Of a DNA stretch of 64,000 bases, positions 48,433 through 57,283 are shown one piece after another. The translations under genes were made by a program, and so were the position numbers. Origin of the DNA: an uncultured virus (IMG/VR IMGVR_UViG_3300017697_000015) (lineage: Duplodnaviria > Heunggongvirae > Uroviricota > Caudoviricetes); the IMG/VR virus record IMGVR_UViG_3300017697_000015, positions 1 through 64,000 of that record, one strand, 5' to 3'. The stretch's first letter is position 1; every line of letters begins with the position of its first letter. A model generated the notes under the pieces. It was not told the origin of the DNA. It did no database searches and saw only the letters and a program-made list of their open reading frames with translations.

Positions 48433-48719
48433 TATCTTCTCGACTTATTTAATTGTTTTACGATTTTACTCGTTGGATTGACTCGCTTTGTTTTTTGCGC
48501 TTTCTTTGTCATCCTAGCACCTTTCGACGCTTTTGTTTTTTTCATTAAGAAACGTTTTTTAATATCAATTGGTGCTGCGCATTGCTGTGGACTTGCCACA
48601 ACTCTGCCTTTTCTCTTTCCAACTGTACATCTAAATTTCTTAACAACCTTATTTCCTCTCTTAGCAAAAACTACTTTTGATTCGGAAATAACTGTATTGT
48701 ATGCTTCATTAATTATCAT
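48432..48719 (-). CDS. Highly basic MIINE-tag protein
   Basis: 'KKFRCTVGKRKGRVVA...C'. Confidence 0.7.
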   Translation of the reverse strand: MIINEAYNTVISESKVVFAKRGNKVVKKFRCTVGKRKGRVVASPQQCAAPIDIKKRFLMKKTKASKGARMTKKAQKTKRVNPTSKIVKQLNKSRR

Positions 48720-48722
48720 CTT

Positions 48723-49076
48723 TTATCCGATCCCTACCATAGGTCCCATCGACTGTAAATCTATCATCAGCATAACGACAACTGATACTAAACCTATAAT
48801 AATTGTTCCTGCTGCTCCGACAATCAATCTCATATTGTTATCTTTGCCAAGTCTATTTCTATCAACCATTTCAGACATATCATTTGATATTTGGTCAATT
48901 TTCTTTTCTAATCGTTCATTATTATTATCTATTTTTTCTTCTATTCTTTTATTGGAATTATTAACTCTATCTTCCAAATTAGTAAATTTTTCTTCTAACA
49001 CGCGATACCTCTCTGCACATAAATCCACATGGGCTTCGAGATTTTCACGCTCTAATCTTGACTGACGTATTGACAT
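48723..49076 (-). CDS. Coiled-coil protein with C-terminal TM helix
   Basis: 'ENLEAHVDLCAERY', coiled coil, hydrophobic tail. Confidence 0.7.
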   Translation of the reverse strand: MSIRQSRLERENLEAHVDLCAERYRVLEEKFTNLEDRVNNSNKRIEEKIDNNNERLEKKIDQISNDMSEMVDRNRLGKDNNMRLIVGAAGTIIIGLVSVVVMLMIDLQSMGPMVGIG

Positions 49077-49149
49077 AATTTATTCCATACTAACCGCGTC
49101 TTCAAAAGAGCTGATTTTCATTCTTGGGACGATCTTCGCCTCTTGTAAG

Positions 49150-49157
49150 TATTTATG
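49150..49157 (-). promoter_or_regulatory. Late-type promoter
   Basis: CATAAATA. Confidence 0.6.
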
Positions 49158-49168
49158 CAAAGTGTCTA

Positions 49169-49576
49169 CTATATAAAATATATGTTTTTGATTTTTTTAT
49201 TCTGAGTAGATAAACTACTAGGATTTAATTTAATTGTTTCTGACAAATCGGTGTGCACTGGTACATTATTACAGTCATTTATTAAATGCGTGTATTTTTC
49301 GTCACCAGATTTATATGCATCTTGTATATCTGTTGTAAATGTCATTTTCCAAACAGAATGCGTATCTTTGAACTTTGAACCGAATTTATATTCATCCATA
49401 GTCGCTTTTTCAAGTTTTGTTACGATTGGATTTAATGGCTGAGTGCGCATACTAAGAACTTGTATCAATGAATTTAAATTCTGGGCTTGACGAAATTCCA
49501 TAGTTGAACCCTTGGGATTATTAACGCCAGTATCAGTGATGTCAACTAGCGTGTATAATACATGCTCTGCGTTCAT
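49169..49576 (-). CDS. Conserved hypothetical phage protein
   Basis: 'YTLVDITDTG...QAQNLNSLIQVLSMRTQP'. Confidence 0.7.
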   Translation of the reverse strand: MNAEHVLYTLVDITDTGVNNPKGSTMEFRQAQNLNSLIQVLSMRTQPLNPIVTKLEKATMDEYKFGSKFKDTHSVWKMTFTTDIQDAYKSGDEKYTHLINDCNNVPVHTDLSETIKLNPSSLSTQNKKIKNIYFI

Positions 49577-49577
49577 G

Positions 49578-50270
49578 TTAGAGTTCTAACGCTTTACCAG
49601 CGGCATACCCTACTGCAAATGCAGCGGCACCTTTTGCCAATGTATTGCCAATACTTGATTTTTTCTTGTCGCTAATCTCAAGACCCTTGTCTTTTGCAAA
49701 CTTTGCATATAGTGGCATCAAATCACTGCGTCTAGCGTTTATTCTGAAATATCTCATTAATTGAGTTGTAACCAATTGCTGTTGTTGTGTTGATAATTTA
49801 GTCCAGTCCTGTGTTAGTCTACGTGCTGCACGTAACTTAGGATCTTGAATTTTTAAATCTTTTTCTAACTTAAAAAAGAACTGCTGCGCCACCGCTGGAC
49901 TCATGTTACCAGATTTTATCTTTTGCAAAAATTGCTTTATCTTCGGGGTATCAATCTTTACTTTACCCATCAACATAGTATCTCTTTCATCAGTGAACAT
50001 TTCGCCTGGACGCTGTATACTGAAAATTGTTTGATACAAATCAGGACTGCTGGGACTTGGTCTATTGAAATTTCCCATTGCAGTAGCACGCTGTGCGTAA
50101 GCCTTTGCAACTGGTGCATAATTATAATCATTGCTCATTGCATATAAACTCATAAGACTAACGAACAAATGATCAGTTAGACCTCTTGCTCCTGTATTTG
50201 CAATTTGATCTCTTGTTCTGAACATTCTTGCTTCACCTAGTGTTTGCATAAATTCTAATTCATTTGACAT
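49578..50270 (-). CDS. Conserved hypothetical phage protein with C-terminal Gly/Ala helix
   Basis: 'LEFMQTLGEARMFR'; C-terminus shared with 28069..28359. Confidence 0.7.
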   Translation of the reverse strand: MSNELEFMQTLGEARMFRTRDQIANTGARGLTDHLFVSLMSLYAMSNDYNYAPVAKAYAQRATAMGNFNRPSPSSPDLYQTIFSIQRPGEMFTDERDTMLMGKVKIDTPKIKQFLQKIKSGNMSPAVAQQFFFKLEKDLKIQDPKLRAARRLTQDWTKLSTQQQQLVTTQLMRYFRINARRSDLMPLYAKFAKDKGLEISDKKKSSIGNTLAKGAAAFAVGYAAGKALEL

Positions 50271-51502
50271 TATCTTACCGCCCCTCTATTTGCTGCACTA
50301 AACGTTGCTCTTGGTACTAACTTCATATCACCTTTAGGACTAGCAAGTACATACCCCTCGCCTCCAGGTTGACCATTAATGCTTTGCTTCACTTGACCAC
50401 CTTGACTGTCGAATTTAGCAATGATATCGTCTTTCGTAGCCATAACTGCTGCTACTACATTCCATAATGCAACGAATGCAACTTTATGTTGACCAATATA
50501 TTCTAATACTTTGACTTTCATTTTATCTGACACTTGCTTTCTATTCTCTAACCAAGTTGGAAAATCTGCACCTAAATTAGTTAGACCAGTGTCTACTTTA
50601 CTATTCATATATGCGTATAATAATTCTGGCAATGCCTTCATTTTCTGCGTAGTTAGTGTGTTATCATTTAATAACTCATCTACGCCCGCCGCATTCTTTT
50701 TAATTATTTGCTCAAGTTGATCAATTGCGCTTGTATCAACTTCAACAGGTTTTTCGGTTGTCACACTTGGTACTACCAATACATCTTTTTGGTTGTTAAA
50801 CATTTCCATATGCGTGAAAGGACCTTCTTTTCCATTAGCATCTTCTTCTCTATGTATTACAATACCAGATTTACTTGCGCCAATGCGTTTGCCTAAGTCG
50901 CTTTCTACATCTACTGCATAATCAACAATCTGTGGCTTGAAAACATAGTTATTTCCAACAACGGGTGGTGTTGATTGATATAATAGATCACCTTTAAAAA
51001 ATCCTCTAAAGTCTGTTGGTACTGTTTTTTCATATATAGGAAACAGACTTGATAACTGTTTGGCGAATGCTACACGCTCTGGGTCTTCTCGGTTTATTCC
51101 ACCACTACGATTAAGCATAATATCTTGTAGTTGTTCAGCACTCTTTGCTTTACCATCTGTTTTCACTGCTACAAAACCTGACTTGTCTGTGAATATAAAC
51201 TCACCGTTTTGATCACGACCAAATACCATTGCAGGACTTCCATCCCATTTAAGCGTTACTGCTTTATGATCATCTCCTGACATACTGCGAAGGGCTGCAA
51301 CTGCTCTCATAGCACCGCTACTACCTTGGAAGAATATTAAGTCTTCTATATGCTGTATGCGACTTTCTGATAGTGTTGATTCACCTAACTTGGATACATC
51401 AACATCGTATAAATCAGCGCCATGTTTCAATCTGCGTTTTCGTGCATCTCTGTCTTCGCGCTTCTTTCTTCCTGTAATATTAATAATTTCTGAAATTTTC
51501 AT
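50270..51502 (-). CDS. DUF6267-like protein with ligase-type nucleotidyltransferase motifs
   Basis: HIEDL, TLKWDGSP (KxDG), KGDLL, GEGYV, KLV; MKISE tag. Confidence 0.65.
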   Translation of the reverse strand: MKISEIINITGRKKREDRDARKRRLKHGADLYDVDVSKLGESTLSESRIQHIEDLIFFQGSSGAMRAVAALRSMSGDDHKAVTLKWDGSPAMVFGRDQNGEFIFTDKSGFVAVKTDGKAKSAEQLQDIMLNRSGGINREDPERVAFAKQLSSLFPIYEKTVPTDFRGFFKGDLLYQSTPPVVGNNYVFKPQIVDYAVDVESDLGKRIGASKSGIVIHREEDANGKEGPFTHMEMFNNQKDVLVVPSVTTEKPVEVDTSAIDQLEQIIKKNAAGVDELLNDNTLTTQKMKALPELLYAYMNSKVDTGLTNLGADFPTWLENRKQVSDKMKVKVLEYIGQHKVAFVALWNVVAAVMATKDDIIAKFDSQGGQVKQSINGQPGGEGYVLASPKGDMKLVPRATFSAANRGAVR

Positions 51503-51747
51503 TTATTGTCTCGTAGTTTTTTTACACCTCGTGCAAAACGAACAGGTTCTCTATTTTTAAGATCCAAGATCATGCGCTTTTGCAAATCTTGCGCTATCTC
51601 AGCATCATACGTCTGTTCTATCATTTCAAGAAGATTGATCATACTACTCAATACATTTACTCCGCGCGTTTCTATTAATTGTGCGTTATCTCTGTTTGGT
51701 GCAATATTGTTAATTTCTTCCAATAATGATTTGGTTCGTTTCTTCAC
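51499..51747 (-). CDS. Conserved small phage protein
   Basis: GTG start with GGAG SD; TATAAATA at 51771-51778. Confidence 0.7.
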   Translation of the reverse strand: MKKRTKSLLEEINNIAPNRDNAQLIETRGVNVLSSMINLLEMIEQTYDAEIAQDLQKRMILDLKNREPVRFARGVKKLRDNK

Positions 51748-51770
51748 GTCGATATCTCCATGCTTATGTG

Positions 51771-51778
51771 TATTTATA
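51771..51778 (-). promoter_or_regulatory. T4 late promoter
   Basis: Consensus TATAAATA. Confidence 0.75.
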
Positions 51779-51781
51779 CTT

Positions 51782-53188
51782 TTAATCTTGTTTTCTTAAA
51801 ATACTACGTAGACGTGCTGCTTGATCTTCTGTACTAGTTGCTTCGGGAGCAGGTTCATTCGGACTATCAACTATTGTGTTTTTCTTCTTCAATTTATCAT
51901 ATATTGTACTAGATTGATTAGTTATGGTATCTTGTTCATCATCAGGCAAGTCAGTTATACGCAATCCTTCAATATCAAACGCTAAATCAACTTTTTGTCC
52001 TACACCAGATGAACTACGTGTCTTCATAAATTGAATTTGATACCTACCGCGCTCTCGCATCGCTTGACTTGTGAATATACCAATTACGTTGTCTGCTGTT
52101 TGAATCTTACTCAGACCACCAGAAATATGACTATGATCAAATTCTACTTCTTCAACTGCTGATCTATTTAACTGTGACGCAGTTGCAAACAATACGTCAT
52201 TTTCTACTGCAAAGTTACGTAATTCTTCAGATACATATTTGTCTTTAATGAACAAGTCACTCGCATTGATCTTCCGTCCAGCAGGAGTCATTAAATCTAA
52301 GTAGTCAACTAACATAGCATCAATGCGCACACCATTCTGAACTTCAAATTCTCGCATATAACTTGTCAAATCATTTGCAGTGATACCATTCGGAACTTGA
52401 ATTATTTGTAGTTTGCCAGCAGATTTGCCCTGCATACCTACTTTCAACGCTGTACCTTCTACATCATTAAATATTGCTTTCGTGTTCATGCCAGTTAACA
52501 TACCATCAAGTCTTAGACCAGATAGTTGCTCACTTAATTCTAGTGATACATATAATACATTCTTACCCATTAATGACCAATTAAGTGCCAAGTTTTGTAG
52601 GAATAAACTTTTACCACCTCCTGACGCTGCTGCGAAGATATTCAACTCGCCGGGATTAAATCCACCAAATAATTTGTAATCAACTGACTTCCAACCAGTA
52701 CTTGTTCCTGCTCGTTCATGTCTTGCTGCGTTAATACGTTCTTTAGGATCATCCCAATAGTTGATACCCATGTGCTTTGCAAGACCAACTTGCACTGCTT
52801 CTTTGATGATACGCTCTACTTCACCGAATTCACCTTTTTCTACAAGATCAGCACTTTGAAGAATTGCTGCTTCTAATGCCTTGTGTTTACAAAATGCTTC
52901 AAATTCATCAATGAACCAACTTTTATGTCTATCATCAACTGTGTCACCAATGCCTGCTAACTTAATACCAGTGAGCGCCTTGATCTGATCAGTAGTAGGT
53001 AATGCACCATATGATGCTACATGCTCTTGTAAGAATACAACTGTCTTCCTGAGTGTTCTATCAAAATAACTTGCTTCTACTATATTGTTTACTCGTAAAA
53101 ATAAATCTTTATCTTGTGCTAAAAACTCAATGAAAAGTTGTTGCAATTCCACTGTGTATTCTTTTGTTTCGCTCATTTGGTTTTCCAT
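51782..53188 (-). CDS. 41: Replicative DnaB-like helicase (gp41)
   Basis: SGGGKS, SLEL, VDYLDLM and ASQLNR motifs; start may be 53176. Confidence 0.93.
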   Translation of the reverse strand: MENQMSETKEYTVELQQLFIEFLAQDKDLFLRVNNIVEASYFDRTLRKTVVFLQEHVASYGALPTTDQIKALTGIKLAGIGDTVDDRHKSWFIDEFEAFCKHKALEAAILQSADLVEKGEFGEVERIIKEAVQVGLAKHMGINYWDDPKERINAARHERAGTSTGWKSVDYKLFGGFNPGELNIFAAASGGGKSLFLQNLALNWSLMGKNVLYVSLELSEQLSGLRLDGMLTGMNTKAIFNDVEGTALKVGMQGKSAGKLQIIQVPNGITANDLTSYMREFEVQNGVRIDAMLVDYLDLMTPAGRKINASDLFIKDKYVSEELRNFAVENDVLFATASQLNRSAVEEVEFDHSHISGGLSKIQTADNVIGIFTSQAMRERGRYQIQFMKTRSSSGVGQKVDLAFDIEGLRITDLPDDEQDTITNQSSTIYDKLKKKNTIVDSPNEPAPEATSTEDQAARLRSILRKQD

Positions 53189-53204
53189 TCAATTATCATG
53201 ATGT

Positions 53205-53233
53205 ATTATAACATACTGAATTGCTATTTGCAA
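53205..53233 (-). promoter_or_regulatory. Sigma70-type promoter
   Basis: TTGCAA-17-TATAAT. Confidence 0.6.
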
Positions 53234-54237
53234 TACTTATTCATTATTACTTGTATCTTTAGTGGATTGTGTATCGCACTATCTAGTATAGTCTGTATAG
53301 TGAATAATTCACCATATTTTAGTGCTGCATCTGCTGCGTCTTTACATTCATCCCATTCTGGGAATGATACGTACCATCCGCGATTGATTGCTGTATCTAC
53401 TAATGACTTACTTGCAGAATCAGCATCGGGTAATAATATAATTTTTTTCTTCAAACTATCGATTATATTTCCTTGTTCGATATTTATATTATTTGAACCA
53501 ACTGCTATTCCATCAGTGAAGTATGCATCCAGTTGTCCTTCTGTTACGATCACAATCTTTTTATTAGATTGCTTATCTAATCCATATACGAAATCTAGTT
53601 TTGGTTGCTTAGTGAAATATTTTGGTATTTCTTTAGTAATTGTTCCTACCCATCGTGCAGTGTATCCTACTATCACACCTTTATAAAAGAATACATGAAT
53701 AAATCTATTCTTCATTCGTGCTGGTGACATAGATGGTGAATAATAGAAACGAGAATCCATAGGATCTAATCCTCTTGACACCATGTATTCCAATACTCTC
53801 TCAAGTTCAGGAGTTACCTCGGTGTACTCGGATATAGGCTTCGCACCTTGCGGCAATTCTACTGGTTCCCAATTGATCTCTACCGCATCATCGATTGATA
53901 CTTTCTTTAAAAGAATAGTCTCAATATCGCGATCTTCAAGTAATCTTAATTGTAATCGTTGAATATCACTTGAATCTGCACCAAATGCTGTATATAATGC
54001 TTTCAGACGGTCGTCTATTTTATTGTCTAGCGTGGGCCAGCCTGCTGTGAAATTACAGTTGAAGCAATTGTATTGAAAGGTATCTTGCTCTGGGAAATAG
54101 AAACCACCACGACCTTTTGTGTCGTGAGAATGACCCCTAGTAGCACATACAGGGCAATTACCAGAAACCCATCCAGACGGATTTATCTTCCAGTTAGGTG
54201 GTATATGCGCTCTTGTAAAATCTATTATTAATCTCAT
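53224..54237 (-). CDS. 61: DNA primase (gp61)
   Basis: Zinc finger CPVC...CFNC; TOPRIM EGQLD and DAD. Confidence 0.9.
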   Translation of the reverse strand: MRLIIDFTRAHIPPNWKINPSGWVSGNCPVCATRGHSHDTKGRGGFYFPEQDTFQYNCFNCNFTAGWPTLDNKIDDRLKALYTAFGADSSDIQRLQLRLLEDRDIETILLKKVSIDDAVEINWEPVELPQGAKPISEYTEVTPELERVLEYMVSRGLDPMDSRFYYSPSMSPARMKNRFIHVFFYKGVIVGYTARWVGTITKEIPKYFTKQPKLDFVYGLDKQSNKKIVIVTEGQLDAYFTDGIAVGSNNINIEQGNIIDSLKKKIILLPDADSASKSLVDTAINRGWYVSFPEWDECKDAADAALKYGELFTIQTILDSAIHNPLKIQVIMNKYCK

Positions 54238-54244
54238 GTTATAC

Positions 54245-54273
54245 ATTCTACACGATTAATGTGATTTTGTCAA
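54245..54273 (-). promoter_or_regulatory. Sigma70-type promoter (leaderless transcript likely)
   Basis: TTGACA-17-TAGAAT, 7 nt before ATG 54237. Confidence 0.7.
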
Positions 54274-54280
54274 TAGAATG

Positions 54281-55102
54281 TTACACTCTTATTACGATTT
54301 TATCCACAGTACCACTAAATGTATTATCAATCTTCGCTCTCATATATGACAAGTTAGATTGTACTGAAAACGGCTCAATACCAGTGAAATTATTGAACTC
54401 GTGATAATCAGCGAATGGTGACAAATCTAAATCAAACCAATCACTTGGTCCAGGTGACTGTGCAGTTGTTCCCTGCATATAAAAATCACCTGTGTAGTCA
54501 GTGCAATATACGCCAAATGTAATCAACCCATTTGGTTTATTATAGTAAGAAGGTCCTACAATAATTGAACTATAGTCAAATATACCTTCTGATGTAAATT
54601 CGGTTACGATTTGAGAAGTTAACGGTATTGCATGTGCTTCATCTGATATCTCTACTGTGAAATTAGGGCGCATATTCTGATCTACATACATAGGCAATAC
54701 AAGTCCTAGTTCATTAGTATATGTTAATACTAAATCACATAGACCAGTATCTATATTTGATAAGTGAGATGCACGTACTACTAATTTCACACTACCTAGA
54801 TCATAATCGGTAATTGTACATGTTGTACTTAATATCGTACTATTAGATTCCCTGTATACTAATGATGCATTAATATTCATATTAAATAATGAAATTGGTT
54901 TGCGATCTTGATTCTTTATGAAGAAATGCAACTCATTGTCAAGTCCCTTAAATAATTTAAGACGATTGAAATTAACGGGCGCATTGATCGTTGTACCACG
55001 TGTACTATTGTATTGCGATGAACCTGTGGCTGTGCCGTGATCTTTTAATATGTATAGATCACCAGATTGATTTATATTGTAACTTGTGCTGTAATTGCTC
55101 AT
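54281..55102 (-). CDS. Putative structural (baseplate/tail) protein
   Basis: 'KGLDNELHFFIKNQDRKP'; late box CATAAATA at 55128-55135. Confidence 0.55.
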   Translation of the reverse strand: MSNYSTSYNINQSGDLYILKDHGTATGSSQYNSTRGTTINAPVNFNRLKLFKGLDNELHFFIKNQDRKPISLFNMNINASLVYRESNSTILSTTCTITDYDLGSVKLVVRASHLSNIDTGLCDLVLTYTNELGLVLPMYVDQNMRPNFTVEISDEAHAIPLTSQIVTEFTSEGIFDYSSIIVGPSYYNKPNGLITFGVYCTDYTGDFYMQGTTAQSPGPSDWFDLDLSPFADYHEFNNFTGIEPFSVQSNLSYMRAKIDNTFSGTVDKIVIRV

Positions 55103-55158
55103 TTTATAAGTCCCTGATTATATCTTGTATTTATGCAGAAATGATGAAAATATTTTAG

Positions 55159-55166
55159 TATAAATA
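55159..55166 (+). promoter_or_regulatory. T4 late promoter
   Basis: TATAAATA 6 nt before ATG 55173. Confidence 0.7.
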
Positions 55167-55172
55167 ATAGTA

Positions 55173-55544
55173 ATGCAAAAACAATATGAAGAATTACTCG
55201 ACCAATATCCATTTCTGACAGTGCTATCTTACGCCGGCAACGAATATGTTGGTGTCATGCAGAACATTGACACTCAAATCGCAAGCATGTATATGTTTGA
55301 ACGATTGGAATCAGTAGATGAAAAGCAATTATTTCTTATGCTAGGAGAAGAATGGTGGTGGGAAACTAATAGACAGTTACCGATCAACATTGCCTTGATC
55401 AATAGGTGGCATTTTCAACACTGTATACAAAGTTTTAATGTAAAGCAAATGGAAATAATCGCTGGTCCCGAAGTTAGACTCAGCAATTCCATTACAAAAA
55501 GAATAAAACGTAGAAGTATTAATCTTATGAAAAAGAGTCTTTAA
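55173..55544 (+). CDS. Conserved hypothetical phage protein
   Basis: 'YPFLT...EYVG...LGEEWWWETNRQLPINI'. Confidence 0.8.
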   Translation: MQKQYEELLDQYPFLTVLSYAGNEYVGVMQNIDTQIASMYMFERLESVDEKQLFLMLGEEWWWETNRQLPINIALINRWHFQHCIQSFNVKQMEIIAGPEVRLSNSITKRIKRRSINLMKKSL

Positions 55545-56103
55545 CGATCTTGTTTAATTGCATAACCACTACCATTGCGTATGAGTGAGCGTGACTTTTC
55601 TTAAAGTAATAAGAATCATCTTCTGGCTTAACCCAAATGTCGTTCATCACAGTATCCCAATCTTTGCCAATTAGGTGACTCTTTGCTGGTCGTATCATTG
55701 CCAATACTGCTGCCAATTGACCAACACTTTTAGGCTTCATTTGTTGAACAATTCCATAATGTGAATGTATATGGAAACATTTCTCAACAATTTCCCTATG
55801 CTCTAATAGATCCCACATGGGTTCCATTTCAAGTAATTCATCAAGTTCTGCTTTGTTATTGATATCATTATATACTGATACATTCAACAAATCCATTTTA
55901 AAGTAACCCATCTTTTCGGCATCTTTATGATCTATTGTCGCTAAACCATTATATGGATTAGTAGGAATCTCATGAAAATATACACCTGTGTTGTGCTTTT
56001 TTTCAGTATGTTCTCGCTTTATCATTGCAGGCGTATTTTCAATTAGAGCAAGTAATTTATCTCTATTCGCAATATCTATGTCAATATCTGTATTAACTAT
56101 CAT
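55525..56103 (-). CDS. Miniature DNA polymerase III alpha (DnaE)-like protein
   Basis: DIDID, KHNTGVY, GYFKMDLL, AMIRP and FKKSHAHSYA motifs in 192 aa. Confidence 0.8.
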   Translation of the reverse strand: MIVNTDIDIDIANRDKLLALIENTPAMIKREHTEKKHNTGVYFHEIPTNPYNGLATIDHKDAEKMGYFKMDLLNVSVYNDINNKAELDELLEMEPMWDLLEHREIVEKCFHIHSHYGIVQQMKPKSVGQLAAVLAMIRPAKSHLIGKDWDTVMNDIWVKPEDDSYYFKKSHAHSYAMVVVMQLNKIVKDSFS

Positions 56104-56109
56104 ACTAAT

Positions 56110-56802
56110 TTATCCTATACTCGCTTGTTTCAAAATAGTTTCTACCCATTGTAAATCTTTAACTTCATTTTTACGCTTTAATCGTATCTGCCAATATTGA
56201 GGATCAATATAATCTACAATCATTTCAATCTGTTTATTATTCAACATATCCAATAATCCCTGTGCATCATTACTTGCATATATAACCCAAGGACTGATTC
56301 TACCAGAACATATATGAAAAACTGCTAGACTAGGCGCTACTGTTTTGAAATATGTATTCCAATCACTTTCTCTATCTTCTGCCCAATCTTGCATTGCTAG
56401 TATTGTTCGCTCGACTGCTCTATCAACACTCTCAACTTTCAATCGCTCTTTTACCCACCCACTAAATCTCGCATCATGTGTCCAGTGATCTAGTTTTACT
56501 TGATTCTTTAGTAACCAAGTGGTGAATCCAATTACATCATCTATCTTAACCTCAATGCAATATTTGCCAAACTTTATGAACGCACCATAATACGAACTTT
56601 TTGCAAATTCGGTATAAGATTTGTCTTTCTTTGAATTTGTCCCAATACGATAAAATAACTGATATGCACGATATCCTAATTGAACATCTTTATCTGTCTC
56701 TTGCATATGTCGTTTTTTCTGTACACATAGATGTACGATAAGCGTGTTTTCACGCTTAAAGTCTTTATTGCAGTATTCACATTTATACGATTTTTGTTGC
56801 AT
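56110..56802 (-). CDS. Zinc-finger protein in replication cluster
   Basis: 'CEYCNKDFKRENTLIVHLC'; 'GRISPW'. Confidence 0.7.
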   Translation of the reverse strand: MQQKSYKCEYCNKDFKRENTLIVHLCVQKKRHMQETDKDVQLGYRAYQLFYRIGTNSKKDKSYTEFAKSSYYGAFIKFGKYCIEVKIDDVIGFTTWLLKNQVKLDHWTHDARFSGWVKERLKVESVDRAVERTILAMQDWAEDRESDWNTYFKTVAPSLAVFHICSGRISPWVIYASNDAQGLLDMLNNKQIEMIVDYIDPQYWQIRLKRKNEVKDLQWVETILKQASIG

Positions 56803-56822
56803 AATTTATAAACTTGTTATTC

Positions 56823-57281
56823 TCATTTAAGAAGAGCAGTTGTTTCTTTTTTACTTAATCCAAAATCAAATAGCAATTCTCTTAGATCATTCTTGTCATG
56901 CATACCAATAAACAATTCTACTTCATCATCGTTTAAATTAGGGTAGTTTTCTTTAATGAATTTAAATATCTTCGTATCTGTTCCCTTCTTGCCAGGAGAA
57001 ATCCACTCATGATATTGACTAGTTCCTAATGACAACGCTTGTAATAACTGAAACTGTAACTTGGGATGATGTCTAAGAGTATTAAAGTGAATATTTACTA
57101 ATTCGTTTGTCCACTCTAAATAATGCTCTGCCAATTTACCTTTACATGAACTTATGAACCGTTGCTGTGTCCACATATTCTTATTATATTTCACAGTCTC
57201 TTCATCAGTTAGACTATCATACCAATTGCGATCACGTGTATCAATTGCACGCATCTCATTTTTAATATTTAATTTACTCAT
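56823..57281 (-). CDS. Clamp-loader small subunit (gp62-like)
   Basis: 'QRFIS...TNELVN...HPKLQFQLL...YHEWI'. Confidence 0.6.
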   Translation of the reverse strand: MSKLNIKNEMRAIDTRDRNWYDSLTDEETVKYNKNMWTQQRFISSCKGKLAEHYLEWTNELVNIHFNTLRHHPKLQFQLLQALSLGTSQYHEWISPGKKGTDTKIFKFIKENYPNLNDDEVELFIGMHDKNDLRELLFDFGLSKKETTALLK

Positions 57282-57283
57282 AT

